Shown here: positions 1 through 11,875 of the stretch, one piece after another
Layout: each line of letters begins with the position of its first letter
How positions within the stretch are numbered: the stretch's first letter is position 1
Assembly: GCA_951406725.2 (NCBI GenBank)
Contig: OX597831.1
Location: 61,070,001 to 61,134,000 of the forward strand
Origin: Octopus vulgaris
Taxonomy: Eukaryota
DNA: 64,000 bases
Direction of reading: 5' to 3'
The notes under the pieces: model-generated
Databases searched by the model: none
What the model was told of the DNA's origin: nothing
The model's input: only the letters and a program-made list of their open reading frames with translations
Made by a program: the position numbers and the translations under genes

Positions 1-590
1 ATGTCTGGTCGATTAGCCTGGATCTCTCTGTCAGTGTTGCCAGGAAAAACCCAGAGTATAGTGACATTTTTACCTTCAATGACTGACTGAGGATGATGTT
101 CATACCAGTCAGCAGGAGTGCTGATTTTGTAGTGCTTACGTATTTTCTTATGTCAATACTATCCTAACGTATCTTGGAGATTTTTTATTCGTTTGGTGTC
201 AGCACAGGACACCCCGAGACGAAATTATCTATTGTTTCGTCAAATGTGTCGCAGAAGCTGCATTTAGAGTCAAAACCGATTTGAAGAACGTTAATCTGGT
301 AGATTCTTGTGAGTAAATTTTGATCTTGTGCCGCCAATATGAAACCTTCAGGCTCTGCTTTCAGTCCTGAACTTCTCAGCCACTGATGGGTAGTTGCTTG
401 ATCTACAACAGCATTTCAACTTTGAAGTATATACTTTCCATGCAGAGGATTCTGCCTCCACCGCTTCTCAATTTGTTTCTGCCCTTTCTTTTTTGCAGTC
501 TGCTTGATCCATTTTGCTTCTTTTGTGGCAGTGGTTTCAGATTCTTCAAATATTTCAGGATTAATACCAAGTTTCCTTGCGAATTTGTTG
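1..590 (-). mobile_element. R4/Dong-like non-LTR retrotransposon (RLE clade), decayed 3' coding fragment running off the window start
   Basis: Minus-strand translation gives QWLRSSGLKAEPEGFILAAQDQNLLTRIYQ and TDREIQANRPD, the same motifs as ORF 56447..56968; bordered by (CAT)n. Confidence 0.85.
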
Positions 591-592
591 TT

Positions 593-638
<46 letters not shown>

Positions 639-650
639 CCATTATTATTG
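593..650. repeat. (CAT)n microsatellite
   Basis: Direct observation. Confidence 0.95.
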
Positions 651-1079
651 TTTTTTGAAATATTTGTGCCTAAAAAGGCAAAGTTAGTGTCTGGGGGAGA
701 TAACTTAAATCAAAATGGACAAACCTCTTTTGTCCTCATCAAGCAAACTTGTATATATACTGAGCTACAAATAATAGTCCATCTTTCTTATCTTTTCTCT
801 TCTACCTATAAGTCATTAGGTACTGCGTGACCCAACGCAGGGCAACCTTCTTAAAAGAGGGAAGACAGATGTCTTAGAGCTTCTTTGAGCAAATCTGTCT
901 AGTGTAGAGGCACATTTTTCCTTCTTGTGTGGATAAATTGGAATCCTAAATTTCGTGTCTAGGATCCGGGAAAGAACTGCTGGAGCAAACGTCTAAAATT
1001 ATAGCCTAAATGTTAAATAATGCCGTGAAATCCCCATCCTAAAACTGTTGGAACATTCTCAGCAAAAAAACAAAAAGTC

Positions 1080-2040
1080 CACCAGAAATCAAAATTCAAA
1101 GCAAAATTAAACTCGAGAGAAATGTAAATATGCAATGAAAGCTTTTTACACAGTACTGAATAGACCACAAGATAATATCATTGAAAGACATACATCGAAT
1201 ACAGAAACACAGTTGGCGTATACGCGACCAAATATGAATGTCAATGATCTAGTGTATGCTAGGACATGTAGGAATATGCTGAGAAGGAAAAGACTCTGAC
1301 CAGCTGGACTGGATGGAATAAGGGTTCAACCCATCCACGCTTATGATGAATTCTTACAAAACGGGAAAAAAAGGATGCTAGAATACCTGTCGTAACATTA
1401 CATAAGATGAGTAAATAAGATGCGCGGCTACGAATGCAATGAAGAGGAGAAAAAGTGGTTCCAGAAAAGCAGATAATGAAGACGACACCACACTTCGAAA
1501 AGAATATAAAAAAGAAATCGTAGCAGCCGAGGTGGATATCTTTTGAGAATTGATTATAATGTTATACATTAAAATCGACTGAGACCAGCTGCTGAAATTC
1601 CAACACAATCTAAAAAATGCATGGAAGATTAAAGTGTATAAAGTAGCAATGAAAGAAATGCTGAGAAAAACTGATCTAACAACTTGCAGTAACAGTGAAT
1701 AGTGTATAGCAAAGGCTCTCAGCAACGAAAAGGAAAGGACAAAGATGTCAGCAAATAACCAAAGTGGTAAGTCAAAACAGAAAACTAAATTAAATATTCT
1801 AAGAGGAGAATAACTGATGGCTAATGAGCTTTCGAAGGAAATAAAAGTCAAAACTCGAAAAATAAGAAACATTAAACGATAAAATAAAATTACAGATGAA
1901 CACTGCATGGAAGTCAAAGCACAACGGGTTAGAATATATGCAAAAAGATAAATAAATAAAAGGAAATTCTATTAACATAAACGTAAGATTTTATAAACGA
2001 GTGCAAAGAAATGATATTGAGAAACGGAAACAACAAACAG
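1080..2040 (+). mobile_element. Highly decayed N-terminal ORF region of an R4/Dong-like retrotransposon
   Basis: A-rich coding-like DNA with broken frames giving KYAMKAFYTVLNRP, RPNMNVNDL and KAQRVRIYAKR, resembling the N-terminus of this family; many stops. Confidence 0.5.
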
Positions 2041-2741
2041 AAATAAAGGATTCACCTGTAGCTTGTGTTATATTGATGTTGGATGGATGAGTTGTTGGTT
2101 GGTTTGCGGAAGCTGCACGTAATGATTTAACAACACCAAGCATACAGTTAAACATGATCTATTAACGCCGCGTATATCTTATGAAGTTGGCCGTACATTA
2201 CAAATATGCACGCAGAGTCAGCAAGGTGAAACAAATTCAATGTAACATGGGTTAAACACAAGTAATATATATATACATGCGCCGTTTCATGTCATCTACT
2301 ACAATCGCATATCCGTTAAGCATTCAGTCGTTAGAACGACTACGAAAGAGTGGGTATTTCATACCGTGACAAAGGACACACAGGTGTTTGGTGTCGAAAA
2401 AGGTTCTATAACTAGGACGTGTAGGGAAATGTTTCTAAGGCCTTCCAAAATCGTCTTTCACGTGATGTCTGGCTTCTGATTGAAGAATAACTTTGATGCA
2501 CGGATAATCAAGCCGTAGCAAGGTCGTGGCTTGAAATCCGCAATGTGGCAACGCGAGTTCACGTCCTACTAAACACCCAATACGAGTGAAGTTGAGAAAC
2601 TTTGGGAAAACATTAAGGGTAAATTGACGGTATATATCATAGAAGCACACTGGATTAACTGCGAATATGAAAGAATGTAAGATGTGAAACAACAACAATA
2701 GGTAGGGGTTGATGCGTTGTGACGTTCGAAAGTCATATAAA

Positions 2742-3622
2742 TCTATTATATAAAATCCGTTCTGTCTGTCTGTGTGTGTGTCTTCTAGGATCTCGGGCAT
2801 CCTCCACCCGATTGCGCTCAAATTTGATATATAGATACCGACGGTATCAGGGCGTGTATAAGTCTTGAAAAAATTACAAAAATCCATTCCAGGTGAGAAT
2901 TCAATCGATAAAGCTGTGGGAACGTGCATTTGTACGCATAAGTACTTCAGCTGTTGCGATGGATACTATGCGTATGTGAGAAAGGTGCACGTGCATTTTG
3001 CGCAAAAAAGCCGACTGGCTTGAAATAATGCCACAAAATGCAGTATATTTAAGAGACCAAAAAAGTAAGATGCAAAATAGATATTTTCTTCAAACTTGGC
3101 ATGAAGGAAGGAAAGACTATTTGGTTTCTCAAGAAGTGTTTTCTTCCTTAACTTCGTTTAATAAAACTAAAAATTTTATTGAAATAAAGGCATGCTTAAT
3201 TATTTTTTAATGAAAAGAAAACAGTGATTGCATTTTATTCAGCAGATATGATTCAGCACCGTCCATTGGACGATTGGGAGGGGGGTGTTTTGCTTGTGCA
3301 TATATAAGAATGAAAGTAAATCAGAATAATCGAGCTGAATGCGATATGGCTATCGTCTGAGAAAATAAGGCAATCACCATCATACATACAGCAGAAAAAC
3401 AGAAGAATATGCGTTTTCTTCAAACTTTCAGTTCATATCACATGGAATATTTCAAAAGAAAACCTGGCTCGGTTTTCCAGCCGGTGATCGTAAACGACTG
3501 AATCTGAGTAGTGGAGGGGAAATCAGAGCCTTTCAGGTATAATGTATGCATAAAAGAATACTCTACTACGCTTTTGATGAATCAGTATATACATACCGTC
3601 CCCAGAGCTATACGGTTGCTAG
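2742..3622 (+). mobile_element. Putative non-autonomous Helitron
   Basis: A|TCTATTATATAAAATCC start followed by a (CTGT)n/(GT)n tract; candidate end ACCGT-N12-ACGGT short hairpin plus CTAG (3619-3622); the next base is A rather than the expected T. Confidence 0.45.
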
Positions 3623-3624
3623 AT

Positions 3625-4700
3625 AGACGGCTGCATAGGTGCCACCTCCCTCTGCCGTGAACAACTCTGCCACTTCATCTCTTAACTCTCTAACTTCCAC
3701 CCTTCTCTTCAATTCACTTCTATCTCTAACACTTCTGTTAACTTCCTTGATATCTCTCTTACTATTGACCACCCCTCCCACTCTCTCACCACCTCCGCCA
3801 TCTTCAAACCAACAGATTCCCACCTCTACCTCAACCTCTCCTCCTCCCATCCTTTCCACACAAAATGGACTATCCCCTAGTCCCGGTTCCTCCCCCTCCG
3901 ACGCTTGTGCAGCCGGGACCAGGATTTTGAGACCCAGTCCCAGTACCTTGCCCGCCTGTTCAGACATCGAGGATACCCCTCAAACTTTGTCAAAAATGCC
4001 CGTGCCCGTGCTGGTCGAATCGATCGCACCACCGACCTTTCTCCTTCCCCTCACCAACCCCCTAACCGCACACCTTTTCCTCTCCTTTTCCACACCTCCA
4101 CTCTACCTCTTCGTCGGAAGATTCTAAGGGCCTTCCGTAGTCTCCAGCTCGATCCCACCGCGTGCCCCATTTTTCCAAACCCACCCTTGTCCTCCTTTAT
4201 ACGCGTCCAGAACCTACGCGATCTTCTAGTCCATAGCACCTTCTCCTCTCCCCCCAGCCCCACCCGGATCCTTCCCGCGCTCCAAATGCTGCTGCAAAAC
4301 CTTCCCCTTCATCATCAACACCACTTCTCTCACTAGTTCTAATCAGCAAACTCTTCGCATAATAAATTCCTTCTCTTACACCTCTTCTCGCCTCATATAC
4401 TGATTAGATGCAACCTCTGTGGTAAACTATATGTAGGTCAGACGGGCCGCCGACTGACCGACCGGTTCACCGAATATCTAATGGATATTCGGCTACGTTC
4501 GAACACCCCTGTGGCCTGTCACTTCCGCTTGGTCAACCATTCTCCCTCTAACATCTCCGTCTTTGGCCTCGCTCTGCGCCATGGATCCACACTCAAGACT
4601 CCACCTGGAACAGCGGTATATCTTTAATCTACGAACAACTATCCCCCTCAGACTAAACACTATCCCCTTCGGACTAAACACAACCACTTCCTCTTTAGAC
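3625..4700 (+). mobile_element. Penelope-like element, decayed RT C-terminus plus GIY-YIG endonuclease
   Basis: CSRDQDFETQSQYLARLFRHRGYP and NLRDLLVHS (ORF 3905..4336), CNLCGKLYVGQTGRRLTDRFTEY at about 4410-4480, and LEQRYIFNLRTTIPLRLN; frameshifted, C-rich. Confidence 0.9.
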
Positions 4701-4747
4701 CAAAGCCTTGTGTGTTGTTTTGGTACACGGAAACTGAAAGAATCCTG

Positions 4748-4805
<58 letters not shown>

Positions 4806-5013
4806 GTATAATTGTGCGTGTCTGTGTTTGTCTCCCCACCATCGCTTGATAACCGTTTACGTGCCCGAAACTTAACGGTTCCGCAAATGTCACAGATAGA
4901 ACATGTACCAGGCTTACGAAGAATAAGTCCTGGCATTAAATTTCTTGGGCTAAAGATGGTGCTCCAGCATGGCCGCTGTCAAATGACTGAAACAAGTAAA
5001 AAGATAGAAGAGT
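4701..5013 (+). mobile_element. SINE family A, 5'-truncated
   Basis: CAAAGCCTTGTG...GGAAACTGAAAGAA-(TA)n-...GGTGCTCCAGCATGGCC...GACTGAAACAAGTAAAA, matching the full copy at 31078. Confidence 0.85.
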
Positions 5014-5049
5014 ATATGAATATATATATATATGTGTGTGTGTGTGTGT

Positions 5050-5364
5050 AAATGTAATATGTGACAATTATTCAGTAGCCTTGATAAAACTCCGAGTTTC
5101 GGATACCGAGGTGGAAAACCACGCCGCCATCTCTTCAGTTATCCGGTCAGAAAAATGCTATGAAAAATGACCGTTATACAAAGGGAAGTTACTGTGTGAT
5201 TGACCGTTATTAAGACAAAAGAGCTATTCGAAGACCGCTAAGGGAGTAAAATAAGGGGGTAAATAATTCATAGTATTCGCGTAAGCGCACCTGTTCATAC
5301 CAACTCACGTGCGCCTGCATACCCACATGCGTCCGCCTAAAAGTTGTTGTCTTAGCATTTTTAT

Positions 5365-5368
<4 letters not shown>
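5050..5368 (-). mobile_element. Short non-coding element with hammerhead motif (PLE pseudo-LTR or retrozyme-like), between TG/TA tracts
   Basis: Contains the HHR motif at 5083-5143; bounded by (TG)n and (TA)n. Confidence 0.55.
5083..5143 (-). ncRNA. Minimal type I hammerhead ribozyme motif
   Basis: Minus strand reads GATAA-CTGAAGA-GATGGCGGCGTGGTTTTCCACCTCGGTATC-CGAAAC-TCGGA-GTT-TTATC; stem I GATAA/TTATC, stem II with GTGG/CCAC, short stem III ACTC/GAGT. Confidence 0.65.
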
Positions 5369-5429
<61 letters not shown>

Positions 5430-5439
5430 GTATATATAT
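5369..5439. repeat. (TA)n microsatellite
   Basis: Direct observation. Confidence 0.95.
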
Positions 5440-6019
5440 CTTCTCTGATGTTTTTATATCAGCCTATCAAATTAGAACTTAGTCCAATACTCACGTTTTA
5501 TTTTTGCTTTTCTACAATTTTACATTATGTACTATGGTATTAGAAGTACTTTCATATTTTATGTAAATAACAGTAAAATATGCAATTTTTAAAATATATG
5601 CGGTATATTTTTTAGTTATTAACAAACTTCAGGCTAATGTTTATGCAGTGGCACCATTAACGGTCAGCTAATGTACTTTGCATTTGACAAATGTAGTAAA
5701 ATGACCGTATAAACACGGTAACACAGTTGACATTGATAGCGCTTATCCAGAGAAAGATTCAAACCAATTAGACACACTTCAAAACTGTTGTATTTGAGAA
5801 AAAATATATTTCAATCGATATTAATATTCTTCTTCACATTATTGTCCACTTACAGACTAGTTTAAGCTTTCAAATAAAATTCATTTCTTTTAATCTTCTA
5901 AATTAAAAAAATTTGTAAAATGAAGCTGTTTGTAGTTGCTGTTCAGTTAATATGTCCCGTTATCGCTCAATTTTTTTTTTATCAAGGTAGTCGTACCTAT
6001 TCAAACCTAGATTTCGGAA

Positions 6020-6830
6020 AACGCTTATGGCGTAGATTTCATTTTCAATTTCGTATTCGACAGCTTGTCATTCAAGCCCCTATCATGTGTGCAGAGAGAG
6101 ACAAGTGTAATTCCTGTACCGACGGCTTCATAAGAATTCGGCACGATAGTTCAGAGATAGTTTGGATTTACTTCGCTTGAGGCCTAGATAAACTCTCCTC
6201 CAAAGCTGTTTTCGTGGCCACATACTTCAGCCAGTGCGTTTTTTATGCTGACCGTTTAAATGATTCAGATTTCAACTCCTGTAAATATGATTATAATTAG
6301 AGGCCGTCTGCTTTTCATGAAGTCCGGTACAATTGTAGTAATAAATATCTATATAAATTGCCACCAAGTCTTGTCATACCACAGGCTAACACACTGTTAG
6401 AAAGCCATCTTGCTGGTTTTATCAGATTGAATAATGGAGAAATACATTTGATATTTCAGCAAGGAAATTTTGGGTAACCGGAATTCGCAACAATTGTGTT
6501 TCTTATATATAAAATTTCTACTCCCTTAACTGATCAAGTGCTAAACAACTTATTGAACGTCATTCCACACAGATTTATACTGCTGTACCCGATTGATCAT
6601 CGATCAAATTCTTCTTACAAAATGGTAGAACTCATGGAGTATTCAACTCTAAGAGAAATCTTTTTTACATGGATTATTCTGCCATGAATATTCTTACAGA
6701 ACCTAATGATGTTTACATGTGGATGCTCATAGGGGAAAAACCAATGACATTTTTAAGCACTTATGTGGAGCATTTCACTGTTGGATGGTGTGTTACCAAA
6801 ACCACACCACTGAACACTTCGATATTGAAT
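6020..6830 (-). mobile_element. Very decayed Penelope-like 3' region (linker and GIY-YIG)
   Basis: Broken minus-strand frames give KNVIGFSP (cf. RNIIWFNPP), FNKLFST, and SLCT...KLSNTK...HKRF (cf. CxLCxxEK...LLNxRxE...CRH). Confidence 0.45.
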
Positions 6831-7080
6831 TACGAAAATTTTCCCCCATGAGTCAAAGATGTTACCCTTTCAAGTTCGACTTGCTAGATCATATTTCCAT
6901 TAAATTTAGTAAGTACTCTTACTCTAACTCGTTCCAATCTAAGCTTGCTAAATATATTCAATTATTTAAGAACTCATATAAGTTTATATTATCGGATAAG
7001 ATTAACAACCAATACGAGGTACATTACGCATTACGCATTCTAAATTATTAATCAAGAGCACCACAGATAAATCCCAGAGC
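6830..7080 (+). mobile_element. Penelope-like N-terminal fragment, inverted relative to 6020-6830
   Basis: DLLDHISIKFSKYSYSNSFQSKLAKYIQLFKNSYKFILSDKINNQYEV resembles the PLE DLxxLIxxIKF..NxFQxKL..ADKTxNxY motif. Confidence 0.55.
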
Positions 7081-8039
7081 TCAGACCTAGACACGATTGC
7101 GTTAACATAGAAACTAAAGCCCTTATCAGAGAGTTTCACTAAGATAGAACTGAAAGCTTTCATTACACTGACATTAACGATAGACTTCGATGTAGACTAA
7201 TTAGCCCGGCTAAGACGAAGCTGGGTTTAGTAAGGAAAAAGATTTTAAGAGATGTTTATAATAAAATTAAGTAATCTTCTAACAAGTTACTACGTTCTAA
7301 TAGCTTCTCGGTGATATCTTTGTTCGATTACATCTGAATCTCTGCCGCAAAATGAGCTTGAGTTTGCACTGTAATTTGTAACCATTGATGAACAATAAAC
7401 CTCAACCACATTTGCTATGCATATAAAACGCTCTTATTTTGTGCCGATCTCTTTGGACCTAAAAATAGCTGTTGTGACACGTTCATTGTTCAAATGAGTT
7501 AGCATGACAGTGCGTTAATTGGTATATTACTGGTTCATACATATTTAACCATCTAAATTCAAAATTCCCTAATCACAGTGTAGCGGTGATTCAAAACCAA
7601 ATCACTAGTTACTCGGTCAGACATCCCGACTGAACCACAATTGTTCCTCGTGATTGATCTATTAAGTAACCAATCAGCCTCAAGCCATCACGTGATGATT
7701 TAGTCTTCTAAAATTTTGTTTTTGTACCCTGTAAAAGACCGCTTTGCACTGTAATTAATCCAAAAATATTGATGCAGTTGAGCAACATGTGTCCGTATTC
7801 TTGACACGCCAGGGGGGCCAGGGCAGTCGACCCAGGAAGTCGGCCAAAACAAACGGCTGAGACAGATGATGAAGAAAATCCGTCACCACAAAGATAGCAC
7901 AATTGAATTCAAATATTTTGGGCAAATCTCATGTTCCTTTGGCAGAGCTGACGAAACAGCATAATAATAATATAACCCGTGGCAGCAGTACTGGTATATA
8001 CTGAGATGTCGCTTTGACAGTGTCACACAATTATGATGA

Positions 8040-8178
8040 TAACGATAAGGATTCCTTTCGAAAAATAGTTTTTTCCAGCTATAGTTCGGGAGGACTTAGA
8101 ATTTCTATTAGCATGAAATTACCAAGGAGCGAGCTTTGTTTTTTTTTAGATGTTACCTTAGATCTCAAAACTCATTCC
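8040..8178 (+). mobile_element. Penelope-like RT fragment (left part)
   Basis: GLRISI...FFLDVTLDLKTHS (ORF 8014..8217), the PLE RT FLDVTLDL motif. Confidence 0.7.
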
Positions 8179-8777
8179 AGATCTTTTTGGTGGCTGTCAC
8201 CAATTTGGAAATTTTAAAGTTAATTGAAAATTAATGTAATTTTTCACACTGAATCCCAATTCGCGATTCATTTATCCCCAGAAAAAACTTAGAAAAATGA
8301 TGCAGAGGTTCAAAGTTTGATCCTTTTTAGTCCAATCAGAAAGAAAAAATTGGAAACTCCGTATTTTCTGCATGATAGCTGCCTGTCACCAAGTGACAGA
8401 GATAGCACAGATACAGAATGATATTGCTCGTCAAAACCTGTGGTGGTGGTTGTGGTGATGAAAGTCTTACAGTCTTCGAAGCACTGCGTTCTAGTTATAA
8501 TGAAAAACCGGGTAGACTACATCGTTGGTCAATACTATGGAAGCAGACAGTAACATTAAATTTGTAGTCATGTATATGTATACTTGTGGCTTCTGATTGA
8601 TTGAAATAGTTCAAAATTTGCAAACTTTAAAACCCATCAATTTGTTATTAATTTAATACGAAAAGGAATTTCATTGTTATAATTAAAAATAAAGCTAATC
8701 GGTATATAAACAATTTTGAGAATAATTGAAACAAAATTGAAAGAATACAAAATCTGTGACAGCAACCGAAAAGATCC
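8179..8777. mobile_element. MITE with 22-bp TIRs related to the Merlin-like MITE at 9540
   Basis: Left AGATCTTTTTGGTGGCTGTCAC, right GTGACAGCAACCGAAAAGATCC; degenerate 8-bp TSD CTCATTCC/CTAACTCT. Confidence 0.75.
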
Positions 8778-8910
8778 CTAACTCTTATAGATCCTTCAAT
8801 AAGGCCCCCAAAAAATCAACCTATATTAATAAATACACTCACCACCCACCTGTTATATTTAAACAGTTAATTCCTAACAATGAATATAGAATCACATTAT
8901 TTATTTATCA
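8778..8910 (+). mobile_element. Penelope-like RT fragment (right part)
   Basis: NSYRSFNKAPKKSTYINKYTHHPPVIFKQL continues the motif order of the left part (YRP..K...YI...SNHPP). Confidence 0.7.
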
Positions 8911-9140
8911 GGGAAATAGTAATCGATGCACTTGGAAGTATCAGCACTCAACTACCAACATGGCTGAAAAAGATTGTTGGAAGTGTTAAGGTAGAACACC
9001 AACAAAAATCAGCATTGTTTGGAACTGCAAGAATTCTTCACAGGGTTCTTGAAGCATGACCAGTAAACAAGTATCCCCTTGGCCTGCTGGCCGTGGACAG
9101 CTGACACTTTCCATCATACCCAGCAAAATAAGCCGTGAAT
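8910..9140 (+). mobile_element. R4/Dong-like LINE 3' end fragment
   Basis: ALGSISTQLPTWLKKI...QQKSALFGTARILHRVLEA-stop, homologous to QKIALLGTAHILRRTL at 57180. Confidence 0.8.
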
Positions 9141-9539
9141 TATCTTTTTCCTTTTATTCGGTTTTCTTTTTTCCTTCTTTCCTTTTTCACTATCTTTCTT
9201 GCCCTTTTTTTTATCACATGTCTTTGTAAATTAAGAATCTCGTAACATTATTTTAATGGCCTACCGATGTATACGGAGGGATTTTTGCCCTAGGTGTCGG
9301 GAAGATACTCGGCAAGAAATAGAAACAAAATTGAAAGTGAGGATAATGAGGATAATAATATACACACACACTCACATTTACAGATAAGACCTTTGAGTTC
9401 TTAAACGCCAGGTATTGAGTTCTTAAATGCTAGCAATGGACGTTGTCAGCTGAAATACATAACAAGTGCTTTAGAAATTCTCAAAAATATTCTTTGTTTA
9501 ATCTTTGGGGACACATTTATTTTAGGTGAAAGGCAGTAG

Positions 9540-9952
9540 GGATCTTTTCGGTTTGAACGGCAGTTTTTAAAAATAATTTCCACGTAACTAAACACTTTTA
9601 AACTTCGTATACTGGTAGAATGTGTTTATGAAACACCTTATTCTCTTGGCTTTATTGAGAAAATTCTATAGTTTGTAAGATATTTCTTTTTTTTTCTTCT
9701 ATTTCTGCAATTTCAACAAATCACTGACGTCTATTGCGGTGAAAACATTCAGTGCTGTATGAATATGTCCCTCGTTTAAGAAACAGATTGGGTTTATTTA
9801 CATTTCTGAAGAAAAAAGATACCCTTCCCCCTATCCCTAACCCTAACCCTAAAACAGATTGAAATGCAATAGATCGATACTAGGGTCATAATTATGGGTG
9901 ACAATTTCATATGACTCCGCTAGAAAAATTGCCGTTCAAACCGAAAAGATCC
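9540..9952. mobile_element. Merlin-like MITE with TIRs and perfect 8-bp TSD
   Basis: TIR GGATCTTTTCGGTTTGAACGGCA(G/A)TTTTT; TSD GGCAGTAG at 9532-9539 and 9953-9960; second copy at 53949. Superfamily inferred from GG termini and 8-bp TSD. Confidence 0.9.
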
Positions 9953-10126
9953 GGCAGTAGTTCTTCAATTGAAAAATAAAAGATCTTGGAAAAAATTTCA
10001 CAAACTTTATTTATCCACCTAGAAATAATCAGAGGTAAATTAAATGCAAACATATTTAGAACCCAAAGCACAGAATAAACAACACAAAATATTTTATCGA
10101 ATGCTGCACTGATTCTGCTTGTTCAA

Positions 10127-10208
10127 TGTGTGTACTTACACATATACACATACATATACACACACACATATATATTTATATGTTTGTATGTGTGTGTCTA
10201 TACATACT

Positions 10209-10239
<31 letters not shown>

Positions 10240-10300
10240 TTGTAAGTGTGTGCCTATGTACATATGTGTGCGTGTGTGTGTGTGTGTGTATGAACACACA
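10127..10300. repeat. Mixed (CA)/(TA)/(TG) microsatellite
   Basis: Direct observation. Confidence 0.9.
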
Positions 10301-11175
10301 TTTGTGTTGCAGGCATTTATAAAATGGTAAAATTCTTAGAAAATATAAACATGATAAATAACATTAGTATTTCAGATGAAATTAGAAGATATTCAGAATC
10401 TTTTATATTCTAAAGGGCAAAAAAACTGAGCAAGTAGGAAAGAAATTTTGAAATTGTCGAATTTCTTCTGAATTAATCTTACCTCCTTTTGAGACATTCT
10501 ATATGAATTCAATTTTCTTTCATCTAAATTTTGCTTACTCTGCTGAGTGGAATTACAGCCAAGCCCACCTTAGGATATTAATTTAATGCCTTTGCCGTAA
10601 GCAGTTATTTTCCTGCACAAATACTTTTATCCTTGCACTATCCTATTCGCTAAATATATTTTAGTTGTACCTGAAATCTCAGCACAAATATTCTCACACA
10701 TTCACAAAGATAATTAGATAAACACAAAACACAACACACACATATACATGCTCTCTCTTTCTCTCTCTCTCTCTCTCACGCACAAACAAAATGTGGTAAG
10801 ACCATATGCAAGCGTACTGCTAGATCAGCAAAAACGACACGACATATTTGTCAACCTATGAAAAAGAGGAAAACTTTAGATCTTAAAGGAATATTTTATT
10901 CTTATTATTGTATTATTTACATGTTCTACAACAACAGTATAATAAAAATTCTTAACAAAAATATTCGAGTGAGATTTTTGCCACTTTCTTCTTTTAAGCA
11001 AAAATAAAGCGTTCATTTATTTATTGCTACAATTTCTTTCATAGACGATTTACTTTATTCTTTTTTATTTGCTTCACTTTTCACGAGGTAGAACACTCTA
11101 CTTTGCTATTTGAATATTGGTGTTTTAACTCACTGCAATGAATATTTGCAACATAACTATATTGATGCTGGGACA

Positions 11176-11588
11176 GGCGGCGAGCTCGCAGAAACGTTAG
11201 CACGACGGACGAAATGCATAACCGTATTTCGTCTGCCGTTACGTTCTGAGTTCAAATTCCGCCGAGGTCGACTTTGCTTTTCATCCTTTCGGGGTCGATT
11301 AAATAAGTACCAGTTACGCACTGGAGTCGATATAATCGACTTAAGCCGTTTGTCTATCCTTGTTTGTCCTCGCTGTGTTTAACCCCTTGTGGGTAGTAAC
11401 GAAATGGGTATTTCGTCTAGCGTTACTTTCTGAGTTCAAATTCCGCCGAGGTCGACTTTGCCTTTCATCCTTTCGGGGTCGATAAATTAAGTACCAGTTA
11501 CGTACAGGGGTCGATGTAATAGACTTAATACCTATGTCTGTCCTTGTTTGTCCCTTCTATGTTTAGCCCCCTGTGGGCAATAAAGAAA
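11176..11588 (+). mobile_element. SINE family B (tRNA-like head, Meta-domain-like core) with internal duplication
   Basis: GGCGGCGAGCT..GCAGAAACGTTAGCACG head, box-B-like GAGTTCAAATTCC, core GCCTTTCATCCTTTCGGGGTCGATAAATTAAGTACCAG present twice. Confidence 0.9.
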
Positions 11589-11744
11589 TATATATTGATG
11601 TTGGGATTGAGCTGTTTCAAATTTTGGCATTGCAACATATATGCTTTGAGTTCAATCTCAGAGCAAGGCAACTTCATGATTTTCTTTCTCTATAGATTCG
11701 TTTTCCTAAAAACTTTTGCAAAGTGTAGAGTGTGGAGAAATTTG

Positions 11745-11875
11745 TCACACACATGTGCATTTACACACACAGACACACACACACACATGCACACACTCAT
11801 ATGTACATATGCTTACACATACATATTTATACACACACATACATATACATACATGTGTGTGTGTGTGTGTGTGTA
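11745..11875. repeat. (CA)n/(TG)n microsatellite
   Basis: Direct observation. Confidence 0.9.

Noticed and set aside
1378-1917. 179-aa hydrophobic membrane-protein-like ORF
   Set aside because: Antisense shadow of an A-rich decayed retrotransposon ORF
2435-2929. 164-aa minus-strand ORF
   Set aside because: Crosses a putative Helitron boundary and microsatellite; no recognisable domain
3639-4127. Pro/Ser-rich 162-aa ORF
   Set aside because: Alternative frame of the C-rich Penelope fragment
9828-9852. Telomere or chromosome-fusion scar
   Set aside because: Only a few CCCTAA units, internal to a TIR element present twice
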